From the NCBI GenBank assembly GCA_965113315.1, contig OZ220363.1: a stretch of DNA of 64,000 bases. The stretch is one strand, 5' to 3'. Both the position numbers and the translations under genes were made by a program. The first letter of the stretch is position 1. Every line of letters starts with the position of its first letter. Shown one piece after another: positions 1 to 38,662 of the stretch. This DNA comes from Podarcis vaucheri. Taxonomy: Eukaryota. The notes under the pieces were generated by a model. That model made no database searches. It was given only the letters and a program-made list of their open reading frames with translations, and had not been told where the DNA came from.

Positions 1-909
1 AAATATCAAATAAGGTAATAGTTTTCCACCTGCACTTTTTTAATTACCCAGAAGACGAAGAATAGACTTCCTTTTTAATCCTTCGTCTGGTGCCGAATTA
101 AGCTTCATTAATTTCAGTAGTTAATCTTTTTACATTCCCCTTGGCTTGAATGTTGGTTACGGAAAATCTCTGCTGGTGGCTGGAGCATGCTGCCAAGACT
201 GCACTCAAGCCTGCTTCTTTCCCCCACTCTCCTGAGCCTTTTGGCGCAGGGGTCTGGGAATTGCGGGAGAGCTCTTTGCAATATGCTGGACCCCTCGACA
301 TCTTGAGAACCCTCTCAAGACTTTTGGGGGGTATGTCTTGGCGTTTCCCCCTGACTCTCCGCAGGGCTCAGATCTGTTGGAGCAATCAGATCTGTGCTCC
401 GTTCACCATCTTGCAGAGATCGGAAGTCCAACATAGGGTATATTTTCAAGTGATGTGTATGCATATGTGTAGCAGGCCTTAGTTGTCACCATTTTGATTT
501 TGTTTTACCCTTGGGTAGGGAACTTCTGGCCCACAGCCTAACTAGGTCTAACAGATCTTTCCACTTGGTCTGCCAGGCTGTTACATTCAAGTTGTGCCAT
601 TCCCACCTGTCCTACAGGTGGTGTCATATACGATGACAGGGCTTGAATGAAAAGGGCTTTGCAGGCACTGCCAGTTAGCAAATGGTACTTGGAAAGTACT
701 ATGCACAGTTTTTTTGCCCAGTTGGTTTGATTTCAAACTGCATGGGCAAAAATGGTTTACTTGACATCATTGTGACTCTAGATGATACATAGATACACCT
801 GTCAAACTTGGTCCATGGGGGTTTATAGAGCTAAGGTTCCAGCCCACTAGTTGATTCTAGTACCCCACTCCTAGTGGCTATTTCAGGCAGAAGATATTCA
901 TTTTAGAAC

Positions 910-1090
910 ATGTATGTATTTATCAAATCAGAGGCTAGTGTGCTAGACTTGGACAAGAGACACCTGGGTTTAAAGCCCTTCTCTGCTGGTATCCAAAGGA
1001 CTCTTTTTGAGTCTTACATACCTCACAGAGTTGTTGTGAAAATAAAATGGGAGATCTCTCATGTAAGAACTCCTTAGCTCCTGGACAAAG
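910..1090. mobile_element. Old MIR/CORE-like SINE; similar copies at about 52820-53010 and 55920-56100 on the opposite strand
   Basis: ctacctcacagagttgttgtg...aaaatggg core-like segment and a degraded tRNA-like head. Confidence 0.5.
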
Positions 1091-2029
1091 ACAGAAATGT
1101 AAGAAGAATATGATTGACATCCCTTCATACTACACAATCCCCCATTCACATGCCAACAACTCAAATCACACATCTAACACCACATTTCCACTGCACAGCT
1201 TTTCCCACCAATAATGCTCCAGGATTTTTGTTCTAACAGTTTTAAAAATAAATAAATTGGGGGGGGGGGAGAATGAAAGTATGAGGTGTTCCAGTAAAAT
1301 CTTTAGTCATCTTCCTCAGGCCATGCAAGCTCATAACCCAAGTAATGATATTCCTCTAGCATCACATCTCAGATGGCTTTGCAACATATAGTTGTGGAGG
1401 CAAGGCTACAGGAAAAAAGTGGATGACTATTTCTTCCCTTGGGTTTGCCTCCAGCAATCTTAAGGAGTCAGGGCTAGACAAAGGGGAGCAGTGTCAGACT
1501 GTGCCTTCAAATGTTTTTTAAAGGTTGTGTAATTTTTTATCTCCCTGACATCTGATGGGAGGGCATTCTACAGGGAGGGTGCCACTGCTGAGAAGGCCCT
1601 CTGCCTGGTTAATTTGTGCAGCAGACGTCCATGTATATGCTGGAATGTTCATAAACATTCCATAACACCTCAGCAGCTGAGACAGTGGTTAAGGGTTGTT
1701 CATTGGAGTTCGGAGTAACTCTGGTACTGAAAAAAGGGTATTAATGTTTCAAATACTGCAGCCTGTAACTACCCCGTCGTTGTTTCCTTTTGTTGAGTTT
1801 ATCTGATTTGGAGATAATTTGGCAAACCATTCTGTTTCTGAGAAATTGTGTGTTCTATACTTTAATTAAACACTCCCTTTGTCTTTGTATGGCCATAATT
1901 GAAATACTTTCTTGTCTCTTGTACAACTTGTATACAGTGAGATTACACAAGCACCCCCCACTCAGCTCTCTTAGTCTTAATTCCCCTCGTTTACTGACGC
2001 ATACCCACCAAACCCAAAAGTCAGTTGCC

Positions 2030-2385
2030 CTGTTGTTAGCTTTTCATTCAGCAGCCTAACAGCCCACGGATAGAAGCTGTTCTTTACCCTGTTGGTGCAA
2101 CTAATCATGCTTCTATATCTTCTGCCTAAGGGCAAGAGATCAAGAAAGTGCCGGCCAGGGTGTGAATCATCCCTGAGAATTTTCCTCACTCTCCTGAGGC
2201 AACGTTCTTCCACTATTTCATCCAGCAGATTCACGGGACAGCCCATAATATCTTGTGCTGTATTCACCACCCTCCATAGGCACTTCCTATCAGATGATGT
2301 CAAACCAGCATACCACACCGTGATGCAGTATGAAAGGACACTTTCTATTGTTGACCGGTAGAAGGAGATCATCAAATGTTGATTG
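2030..2385 (-). mobile_element. Rex1/Babar-type LINE 3' fragment
   Basis: Translation FYRSTIESVLSYCITVWYAG...HPGRHFLDLLPLGRRYRS...NSFYPWAVRLLN is typical of the Rex1 ORF C-terminus. Confidence 0.8.
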
Positions 2386-2663
2386 AAATAATAGTAGCTA
2401 TGTAGATATGTAGGATAGCAGTAGTGGATAGTGAGGAAGGGCTGTGCTCTCAGCTGACCTCCCTTCAGCTGCACTGCTGTTGCATACAAGGTTTATTTGC
2501 AACAGTGGCAACAGGAATGCTGGACTGTCTTTTTCCCATTCTGATATGCAGCATCTTTGCAGCCAAAGGGAGGTCAAGTAAATGACACAGGTGCACCAGG
2601 CCCTCCACTACTGCTCAGCATATTGTTCAGTGTTACTTTGACCCATATATAGATGCTTTGTAG

Positions 2664-28145
<25,482 letters not shown>

Positions 28146-28627
28146 GAGACATGGAGACCTTCCAAAGAGGACACTACTGAAGAGGCGTCAGTGCCCCACA
28201 ATTGCAAAGAGACATTCTCCAGTGTCCAGCATGCTTCGAGAAATGGTGCTGATAAAAACAGACAACAATCCACCTGACTGACTAGAGTCTATCAGAAGGA
28301 TGGAGCACTGCAAATGTATTGAGTCTAGTCACATTACTGCAGTATCAGATATCCTACATCTGTTTCCCACTCACTGCCAGATGCTGAAACACATGGAAAG
28401 GAAGAAGTGAGTTTTGGCTCAGTGTACAGTTTCCCAATAAGATCCTGAATTTGTAATCAAGAGATGTTATTTCTGACCTAGTGCTGTACATTGCTGTGTT
28501 TACTTTCAGCATGAATGTTTAAGTACTGGGGATTGACTCTCACTCAAATAGAAGACTCCTTATTTTATTACTGAAATGAAAGCCACCTTGCAGCTCTTAA
28601 ACTATAATATTTTTTTAAATGGGTGAA

Positions 28628-28924
28628 AATAAAATAGAAAATAAAAGGGATAAACCAGCAAAAGGTTTATCTAGTTCACAAAAAAGTCCCAAGAATTAAG
28701 TTTGTTCCTAGGACCTGCAGAATTCTATTGGTTTTAAGGCTTGGGTTGTAATCATGTCTGGTGAATGCTAGTAGACATGCGTGAGCCCATTCTTCAAGGC
28801 TGATTTAGTGTTTTTGTATCACAAGCATTAAATTAGTTCTGTGAGCAGAATAACATTTGCTCACATTGTGAGTGCCTTGCCCACAACCTAAAAGTCTAAC
28901 TCTGGTTTTTGCCTTGTGAATAAA
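28628..28924 (+). terminator. Candidate proximal EML5 poly(A) signals (AATAAA at 28628, 28640, 28919)
   Basis: Hexamers 0.5-0.8 kb downstream of the stop codon. Confidence 0.4.
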
Positions 28925-31079
28925 AGTGTTCTCAATGAAAGATAAATCGCTGTGTTTGCTTGCAGAGCTGTGCTGGAAATGAGGACCAGGCTGCTCATGT
29001 TAATGTTTATACAGTTATGAAGCTGTGGGGTGCCATTAGATGCAATAGGATTTATTAATTGCATTTTCACAGCATTGATTAGTAAATTCAAAGTGAACAG
29101 ATACTTCAGATACATTTTACCAATTATTATTATTTTGCACAGAATAAGACTCATTGAATCTCTTGCTCTCCGGCTAATAATCTTACAGGTAGTCCATTCA
29201 TTCATTCATGCATACAGGCACCCACAGATTCCACCTCAGAAGGCACATGAAGGCACAGATCATTTGTTCTGAAAGCAACCCCGTGTCAAAATTGTATCCA
29301 CACAGGGAAAAATTACACGCAAGTTGGCGAGTTAGATTTTTGAAATGCAAGTGCCTGTATGTTTGAAATGGTTCTAACAACCAAATGTAAGCATCAAAAT
29401 AAGCATACATTCTGAATACACTGGTTTGTGCTTCTTAGTACAGGTATATACATGAGAATTGCAGGTGACAAATGAATCACTTCTGTGACATTTGTGTCCC
29501 TGGCACATTCCACTGCATGCACAGTCTTGGCACCCCTCTTTTACTTCCCTCACTGATTAGTACTGAGATGCATCCTGACTCCTGTGTGAAACATTTTAGA
29601 TCTAATTTGAGGCCAGGCACGCCCATTCCCTGTTTCTCTGAACAATGAGAATTCAGCATCCCAGCAATCATGCAGCCTTCTGCTGGGTTCAGGTTATCTA
29701 AATCAGGGTAATGTGTATATCCTGTGCATTGTGGGACATCAATATAATGAGATGCAAAAATAGAATTAACTCTTCCCAATGCAACATTCACAAAATTATG
29801 TTCTAGTTTTCCGCGAACCCTAATGTGAACATCAGATTTACCCCAAAGCATGCTTGAAAGTGGATGGGGAGGGGGAAATCCATCTTTTGACATAACTATG
29901 CTGATTTACCATTCAGCAGAGTGTTTAACTTATTTGGGGGTAACTAAACAACATAAAATTGTCTTGATTATTGTCTAGAATTATTTTTCCATGTACAGTA
30001 ATTATACACGGCAATCCAGGAAATGTAACATCTTTTTTTAAAGCCAGTTTGATTACATATCATGTCAGAACTCTCTTCTCATAACCAAATACATGATAAC
30101 ACCCATAACCCATGTTTTGAAGTTGGCTTATTTAAACCATGTTTTGGGGGGTTTGGACAAAATGATGAGCTGCAGTTAATTAAAAAAAAACAAAGAGAAG
30201 TGAAAGCTTTCAAATTCCACCTCCCAGCTATGAAGGAATTGGAAGAAGGAGGGGGAAGTGTGCAAGCCAGAGGCTCACTGCAGCATTGTGAAAAACCTCT
30301 GGCTTTTTGCCTCCCAGCATCCACATTAATACAATGTGGATAAACATGTAAGCATGCTAAACCTACTATGCACTCACCAATCACTGTGATACAAGCAAAC
30401 CAAATTCTTCTCCTGGTTATGTTACTTTAGATCTTATAGAACAAGCCCCCAAATTCCATTATCATTGGCCATATTGGCTGGGGTTGATGGAGTTGGAGTC
30501 TAACAACCTCTGGAGGCCTCCAGGTCTACCAGATGCCTTGGCTTTGCACTTTTAACACCTCATAAATTAGAAGGGATTTAACGAGAGACCATATTTGGAT
30601 GGACTAATTAGGGTTTATCTGCATGCTTACCCAGCCAATGTTATTTTCCATGTTGGAGGGAAGAGCACGTGTCGTATTTCCACTATTTGCATACAATGTT
30701 GTAACACAGGTGCTTAAACAAGTGTTTATTTCTTCTCCATCAAGAGAAGATCATATGAGTTGGGCCTGCACTACATTTTGTTTCATGAGCGTGGTGGAGG
30801 GATATGTAAGTAACTGTTGTATCAAAGGCGTTCAGCAAGCTGAAAGTTCAGACTGAAATAATCGCAAATGTGTCAGTTTATTTTGAAAACATGAACTGTT
30901 GATACCACTCTCCATGTATAAGCATTTGCATAATATAGAGACTATAGTGAAATGTTCTGGAAGCCAAGCTAATTGAACAGTTACAAAAATGAGTCCTCTT
31001 TTCCAAGCAGGCATTTCAAAAATCACAAAATACGGTATGTGTGTGAATGACAGTTCTATATTATGTAAGAACAAATATT

Positions 31080-32460
31080 AGGCACCCAAGCAACAACTTG
31101 TTATTAAAATTTCTATCCCGCACTTCCTCAGTAAGGAGCCCAGGGCAGCAAACTTAATACATCTTAATACTATGAAAAATCAAATTCAAACATATTCAAA
31201 CATTAAAAACAATAACAAGATCCAACAACATTTTGAAACGTCTAAAAGCATTTTAAAACAATCACATTCACAGCTTGTAGTTATAAGGCTGTCCGGAACA
31301 GTACCTTTCAGCTGTCAAATGCCTGGGTGAACAGGAATGTTTTTAAGTTCCTCCTGAACATCAATAATGAGAGAGATAGATGCATCTCACGGGGGGGGGG
31401 GGCATTCCACAAACAAGAAACCCCCAAGGTTACTTCATAGGTTAAGGCTAACTGGGCAGCAGCTCGCAGCAGCACCAACAGTACCCCTCCTGCTGATCAT
31501 AGGGCCTGTGGGAATGGAGTCAGAGAGTCAGATGGCTGCCTCCCCTGTGCTATTTTGTTACCTGCACAGGTGAGGTCACGTCCACCTCTGGTCACATGTA
31601 GAGGAACCCAGGAGGAAACAGGAAGTTCCGACTGGCTGGTCCAGACATCCCCTTTTTATGTCCACTCTAGGAATGTTGTATTTGATTGCTCTGTTTCACA
31701 CCCCACAGGGTCCTGTATGGTTGTTACTTGAGGAGGTGTTCTTTTGGGTACTGTTCAGAGTTTTGTGCTAGTACTAGCACCTTGCATTGAGCCTAGTAGC
31801 TCTGACAGCCTGAGCACTGCTTTCAGGACCGGTGACACATGGTCCCATCCAACCTAGCAGCCATTCTGCACTAGCTGCAGCCTCAGATGATCTTCAAGGG
31901 CAGCCCCATGTATAGTGCATTACTGTAGTTCAGGCAGGAGGTCACCAGAGCATGGACAACTGAGGTCAGGCTATGCAGTGCTGGAACAGCTAAGCAGAGC
32001 ATAAGCACTCATAGCCATGGAAAACTCTTGAGAGGTTAGCAATGGCAGACTATGGAAACCATGCTCCAGATTCATGGATGACAGCTCCAAACCATGTCAT
32101 AAAGATGTTAAATAGTGCAGGAGACAGCATAGCCCCTTTCAGCACCCCACAGAACAAAAGCCGTGAGGTTGAGCAATAGTCTCTGCCAATAGGGGTGAAA
32201 CCACCATAATATGGTGCCTCCAACTCATGCTTCTGAGGCATTCCAGAAGGACACCATGGTCAATAGTGTCAAAAGCCATTGAGAGATCAAGCAAAATGAA
32301 TAGGGGCACAGTCCCTATAGGACAATCAAGACTGTTTCAGTGCAAAAACAGGGCCTGAAACAAGACTGAAATGGGCATATATAACCTGCTTCCTCCAGGC
32401 ATATCTGCAGCTGGTCAACTACTAACCTCCTGATCACCTTGCCCAGAAAGGAAATGGCTC
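31080..32460 (-). mobile_element. Degenerate L2-clade LINE
   Basis: Minus-strand GVLKGAMLSPALFNIFM (RT motif) and an L2-type 3' end near 31100; boundaries approximate. Confidence 0.7.
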
Positions 32461-33316
32461 CATCTTTATTACAGCAGTAAATAGTAATGTATAAATTGCA
32501 TACTCTGTGAATACATCCATTTCAGTGGGTCTTCTGGTAAGGGGCGCACGGCACAGGCAGTTAGTGACTGTGCCATGTGCCAGCCTTCCTTCAAGCCTGG
32601 GAAATTGTGGTTGTCCTATCAGCAGACTTTGGGTCTGCAGCTGCTATTGTTGAATGCCAAGCCAGCTTTGAATAACACCTCTCTCAACCATGATTTGATT
32701 GTGGATGAGGAGGCTGATCTGGTCTGTTACAGATCAGGATGGGTAAGCAGGATGGGGTTGGTCTGTACCAGATCCAGGAGCTCTTGGAGGAAACTGATTT
32801 TCTAGATCTATTTCAATCAGTGTTTAGGCCTGGTTTTCGCACAGAAACTGCTTTGGCCGCGTTGTATGATGGAAGCGAGGAATCACTGTTGGAAAAGAGA
32901 CAGGGGAAATGTGTCCTTGTCAATTCTCAACCTCTCAGAGGCTTTTGATACCATTGGACAGGATATCCTTCTGGGGCAACTGTGCAAGCTAGGAGTGGGT
33001 GGCACCGCTTTGAGGTGGTTCTGGTCTTACTTGGATGGACTTTTCCACAGGGTGATGCTTGGGGGCTGCTCATTGGCCCTGTGGAGCCTCAGGGTACAAT
33101 TTTATCTCCAATGCTGTTTAACATCTACACAAAACCTCTGAGTGGGGTTATCCAGCCTTTTGCAGTGCATTATCAGCAATATGCTGATGACACATAGCTC
33201 TACCTCTCCTTTATGGTGTGGCAGATTGGACCATTGTTTTGTCTCGGTAATGGACTGGATGAGAACCAATAAACTGAAGCTCAATCCAGATAAGACTGAA
33301 ACTCTCTTAGTGGGCG

Positions 33317-33564
33317 AAATAAAAAAATTCCTTCCAGTAGCACCTTAAAGACCAACTAAGTTAGTTCTTGGTATGAGCTTTCGTGTGCATGCACACTTCT
33401 TCAGATACCACTTATCTGAAGATAAGATACTTATCTGAAGAAGTGTGCATGCACACAAAAGCTCATACCAAGAACTAACTTAGTTGGTCTTTAAGGTGCT
33501 ACTGGAAGGAATTTTTTTATTTTGACTATGGCAGACCAACACGGCTACCTATCTGTAACTGGAA
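33317..33564. mobile_element. Palindromic Penelope-like insertion (inverted pLTR fragments) nested in an L2
   Basis: About 90-bp inverted arms; 12-bp TSD TCTTAGTGGGCG at 33305-33316 and 33565-33576. Confidence 0.8.
33371..33408 (-). ncRNA. Minimal type-I hammerhead ribozyme motif, intact, minus strand
   Basis: Reverse complement is identical to 4907-4944. Confidence 0.75.
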
Positions 33565-34389
33565 TCTTAGTGGGCGGTTTGCTAAACCAGATGGCTGTGA
33601 GGTTGCTTGCTCTTCATGGGGTTACACACTCTCTGAAGGAGCGGGTATGTAGCTTGGGGATACTTCCAGATCTTTTGCTGTCACTTGAGGCTAAGGTGGC
33701 TTAGCCTTTGGCTGGGGACCTAGCTGCACTCAGGGACAGTGATGGCCTAACCTATGTCATCTATGCTGTGGTAACCTCTAGGTTAGATTACTGCAATGTG
33801 TTATGGGGCTGCCTCTGAAGGCAGTTCAGAAACTTCAGCTGGTACAGAATTCAAGGCCAGGTTGCTCATCAGCGAAAGGTGGTTTGAACTTATTACACTG
33901 TTCCTGGCCCAACTGCACTAGCTGCCAATTAGCTTTTGGGCCCAATTCAAAGTGCTGGTTATAGCTCAGGACCGCTATAGCTCAAGGACCATCTCTGTCC
34001 ATATGAACCTACCGAGATCCTCATCTGATACGCTTCGTCGTGTGCCTCCTCCTCGAGAGGTCCAGAGGTTGGCAACACAAGAACAGGCCTTTTCTGCAGT
34101 GGCTCCCCATTTGTGGAATGCTCTCCCCAGGAAGGCTCACCCGGCCCCTGCATTACATTATCTTTAGGCGCCAAGTGAAAAGCTTCTCTATAACCAGGCC
34201 TTGGGCTGATTAACATTCTATGGACTTTTAAAGGTCTTTGTGGGTGGGTGGGGGTTTATTGGTTTGTTTTTATTATGGCATTTTGTGTTCTCATTTTGTA
34301 TTTTTATGTTGCGAACCATCCTGCGATCGCTGGGAAAAGGTGGTATGCAAATTTAATAAATAAATAACAATGAAAAATATAGAGTTTAA

Positions 34390-34900
34390 CTAATTTTGAA
34401 TACCACCCAAATGCATTTTACAGCACGGCAACCTTTGCACATAGTGAAATCTCTGGGCCTCTGGGAAGGAGGGCCCGAATGCCAAGTGCAGTCCACAGAC
34501 AACACACTTAAAGAGCTCCAAAAATCCAGTCTGTGGAGCGTAGAGGGTCTGTAACTGGCTGCTACTCCTTTATACAAAATAGGCAGCTGTCCCTGGACTG
34601 GTATCCCCCCTACCCACAAGCAATTTCAATCTATTATGGTTGCAAAATGAGAGACAAATTCTAGCATAGTACCAAACCCAGAAGTCCATACAGACTTGTT
34701 CTTGCGTAGGTATGCAACTCATAACAAAAATGGCAGTAGAAAAACCACATAGGAATGGGAGTGTGTAGGGAGCTGCCGCACAACTTAAGGAGCTCCAGGA
34801 GTGGAACAAAAACTTATGAGAAAGACATATCCAGCCAGAGGCGGACTTTGGTAATCTTTTGTAATATGGCAAGGCCTGTGCGGGGCCAAAATTTAGTGCC
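34390..34900 (-). mobile_element. Possible decayed LINE 3' fragment (RTE-X-like)
   Basis: Only weak recalled resemblance; no intact motifs. Confidence 0.25.
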
Positions 34901-37719
34901 TCCAGATGGATCTTCTTAGATTTGTGCCCTCTTGGTTGGCGCTCTGTGCGGGGGAACCATCCGCACTGCCTTAAAGCTGGCGCAGCTCTAGCACTGCAAA
35001 GTCTACAGGCTGTGGCACACAGCAGCTTTCTGTATTGCAGATTCCTAGCCTGTTCCTTCTCAGGTTCCTCCTATCCAGCTCTTTGAAACTCTCTGGCAAA
35101 TGTTTGTGCCCCCTAGAGGCACAAGCCTCACACTTCCAAGAATCATGAGATTTGGATAACCATTTAGTCTGAGGGGACATTGATTTCATTCATTTGCAAG
35201 ATATGGGCCCCTAACTAAGACTGTATTTTGCTTTGCATCTAGTGAAAAGTAGCCATTTTAGAAATTCAATTTTCATGGATTCTCCTAAATAGGAATTACC
35301 ACAGATCATCCTTTAATAACTCCCTGCCCCCTGAAGAAAATATAATTTAGAATAAAAAACACAATTCCATAATTAAGATTTCTCGAGAGTCTGATGTAGA
35401 ACACTATTTTTTTAAGCAAAATGTGTTGAGTGTAGAATTCATATTTCAGGTGCATGAATGTTAGTTTCTAAACTCTAGACTGTATCCTGCTATGGCCATG
35501 AAGGCTGGTGAATATTTTGAGAATTCTGTAAATTATTATTTTAACCCCAAACCTAAATGCATGAAATCTTGCACAAACTACATGACTTTGTGGTTCACTT
35601 TTTTGAAAAAATCTTGGTGCTTTCAACGCTTTTCCATAATGATAAAGCCTGGTTTGTTTTTGTTTTTCATTTTATTGCAAATATTTCATTAGGATTGTGC
35701 TTTGGAGCCTTGGGGCATCTAAAGTAATTTAAAAGAACAATTGTGTGGCTAAATGTAAAGCTTCACCTTGCTGCAGTGTTCTTGAATACAGAACCTTGGC
35801 TTAGAAAACATTGATTTATTTGCACACAATATAACGTTTTAGTTGCTTTTTCTTGTAAGTGTGACTCAAGATAATAAGGGCAAAACTATAGACTAGATGA
35901 TGCTTACTGAAAATTTATAATTGTAGGACTGAACTGAATTGTAGGACATCCTTTTGAACTCATCCAGTGTCTGTCTGTCTGTCTCCCTCTGTGTGTGTGT
36001 GTTTGAAATGAATAGGGAATACAGTTTTAACAGCTGTCACCTGGTAAAGTGACCTGTGGTCCTAAACTACTTGATAACATTCAATAAATTGGTCCCAAAT
36101 CATAGGATGTACAAAGGAAGGCAAATTATGTATTTAAATGGACCTATACAGTACTCTGTATTTAGAGAGCAGCTCTGTGCCACATCTGACCCCCAACAAA
36201 TCCAGTCCCAACAGCTATGTTTGGTGACCCACAACAGATTTGATATACCAAATTTTCTGCTTGCACAGGAAGGCAAAGAACCACGCAAAGTAGAGGAAAG
36301 CTGTCAAGCACCTAGCACGTGGGTGGTGCTGGGCTGGATTTGACCATCTGTACAGGACTGATACAAAACATGCAAAGTTTGGAAAACTTTGGCATTACAA
36401 CAAACAAAACATCTGCAGGGTGCATTGCAAGTGGTAACAGAGGATGCATTATCCGACCCACTATGCTGGTGAAACCTAAACTTACCCACTTACTTGACGT
36501 CCTTTGTGCTACTTATTTTGAAGCAAGCTGCCCTGAAATCAACAGGACTTGCTTCCAAATAAATGTTTTGGATCTCAGGCTGAGAGGCACCGGAAAGTGT
36601 GTTTAGAGGGATTTATTGATGCTTGGTTTGTCTGAAGCCAGATTGGAGATGTGGGTGGGAATTGGGTCAACAGAACCTTGTTTTCGATTTTGCCAGTGAG
36701 CGCTGGCAACTGCAGGTTAAGCTGCACAGTATTAAAGGTCAGCTTCTGCCACAAAGGGCTTAATATCGCCAGGCTGCTTCCAGCCGTTTTAGGCGACAGC
36801 CAAAGAGGGCTGGCCCAAGACGTTCTGGCACCTGAGGCGGACCACAAAATGGCACCTTCTTCCCTACCAAGGAAGAAGGGGTGAGAGGAGATCTCTATCG
36901 GAAACAAGGGGGAAATAAACATATAAAATGGGATGTGCTGCCTCTGTGTTTCTGCTGCTTGAAGCAGTCATCTCTCCTTTTCTCATGTGAGGACAGCTCC
37001 TGGCTAGTTTTGTCCTCAGTGAAACAGGAATAGCTTCCTGCAAATTGAAAGTATTTCCATAAACAAGGTTACAAATAAGTATTTGAATATGCGATTTCCA
37101 AAAGCCCTGAAGTATTCATCATTATGAATTGAAAGCAGAAGCTTTTATTAACTAGAAATGCCATGCTTTGTCACTGTTCCTATTTTTTTTAACACAACAC
37201 GCTTTTTATGCCCTTCACTGTCTGTTTTACCACATTTCACTGAAATTCCTGGAACGATTTATTTTCTAGGTCCCCAATATCTCACTCTAACGTGTTTGTC
37301 AGATGATCCATTTTGCTTTAACAGCAGCAACAAAATGTTACGTCCAACTATAACCCAAAGGTGTATGTTAACTGTGACCTTTATTACAGTAGCAAATTGT
37401 GTTCTCTTTTGGGTTTTCATCATAAAGAGCTAATCCCTGTGATCAAATAATCTTAGAATTTGTTATTTAAAAAGTGTATCAGTTAAGCCTCTTTTTTTTG
37501 CATAAATCAAGTTTTTTATTTAAAAAATCTGAAAACAGAGATTTCGAAATAATTTCCTCGGTTGTTAAATTTCAGAATTCAAGAATATATTGGTCAAACT
37601 TGAGTTTAAAATGTGGAGTTAACTTTTGTTTTCCGATATCTAATGTAAATATTTGTACAGAATATTATCTTTTGTATATTTTTGTGAAAATGTAGTTCCC
37701 CAAAAGATACAAAAGATTT

Positions 37720-37725
37720 AATAAA
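37720..37725 (+). terminator. Candidate distal polyadenylation signal (EML5)
   Basis: AATAAA preceded by TGTA/U-rich sequence and followed by a U/GU-rich tract. Confidence 0.45.
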
Positions 37726-38656
37726 AAATACATTTATGTTACTGCTTAATCTTTTATATTATACCCTAAGGAGCCCAGAAGAACACCCATTTCTGCCATT
37801 TAGATTCCAGGATATACCTATGTATAATTATAGTAAAGTACTGTTTCAAGGAAAACCAGTACTTCAATACACAGACTTATTAGCAGGCCTGCCCATACTC
37901 CTTTGCTCCTGAGACTAGCCATCTAGACGAACTGCAATGAAGGCAACAGATACAATTCAGGCCTTTCCTTAAACAGCATTTAGAAGACAGAATGCTCTTT
38001 CCCCCATACAAACTACCTTCCAAGAGTAAATTCTAAAGCAAAGCTGAAGGATTCGTCAACAACTTAACAGCTAGCCAGACTGTACCTTAACCAGGTTTAC
38101 AGTCAAACTTTAAAATCTGGTTTCAAATGCTAGCTGTAGCAAGCTTTGACACCAATTTGAATAAACTGGGAGAGGGAAATTCAGTCTGTTGGGATGGGGT
38201 GCTGACAGCTGACCTGCAGTTAGATCTCTCCACCAGCCTGATTTCCATTCAAAAGAGTTCTATTTAATTTATTCCATTTATATCTTGCCTTTCTTCCCAG
38301 CTGGTCTCTCATTCAGGCATTGACCAGACCCAGACCTATCATAATCCACATACTTTAGATGTCATTAAATTGGTAACATTTCCCTACTTTTAAGAGTTTG
38401 CTTACTATTTTCTAGAAAAGAAATTTAAATGGCAAAAAAAGGTGAGGTAATCTATACTGAAGATGATGGTTTCTTTAAAGCACATATGAGTTATATTACT
38501 TTAACAACGATTTCCCAAAACAAACAGTTTCTTTGTAATGCAGTAATTTTTCCCAGTCTTGGAATGGATGCTCCAAAGGAGATTTGTAAAATTGTGAGCA
38601 AAAAGGAGAAACTTACTGGCCCAACGTAAGTAGGACAATAATCGTGCCTTGACATT

Positions 38657-38662
38657 TTTATT
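38657..38662 (-). terminator. Candidate proximal ZC3H14 poly(A) signal
   Basis: Minus-strand AATAAA about 235 nt after the stop. Confidence 0.45.

Larger units (their letters stand above)
32530..34370 (+). mobile_element. Degenerate, internally deleted L2-clade LINE
   Basis: APE start (LLLLNA...DLIVDEEADLV), RT motifs FQSVFRPGFRTETAL, QGTILSPMLFNIY and YADDT; (AATA)n tail; boundaries approximate. Confidence 0.85.

Noticed and set aside
31507-31837. TG...CA bounded segment inside the minus-strand L2 (possible solo LTR)
   Set aside because: Flanks (gggcc / catgg) give no TSD
33431-33468. Plus-strand hammerhead copy as an active ribozyme
   Set aside because: The catalytic G of GAAA is mutated (CAAAAG) and stem I is shortened
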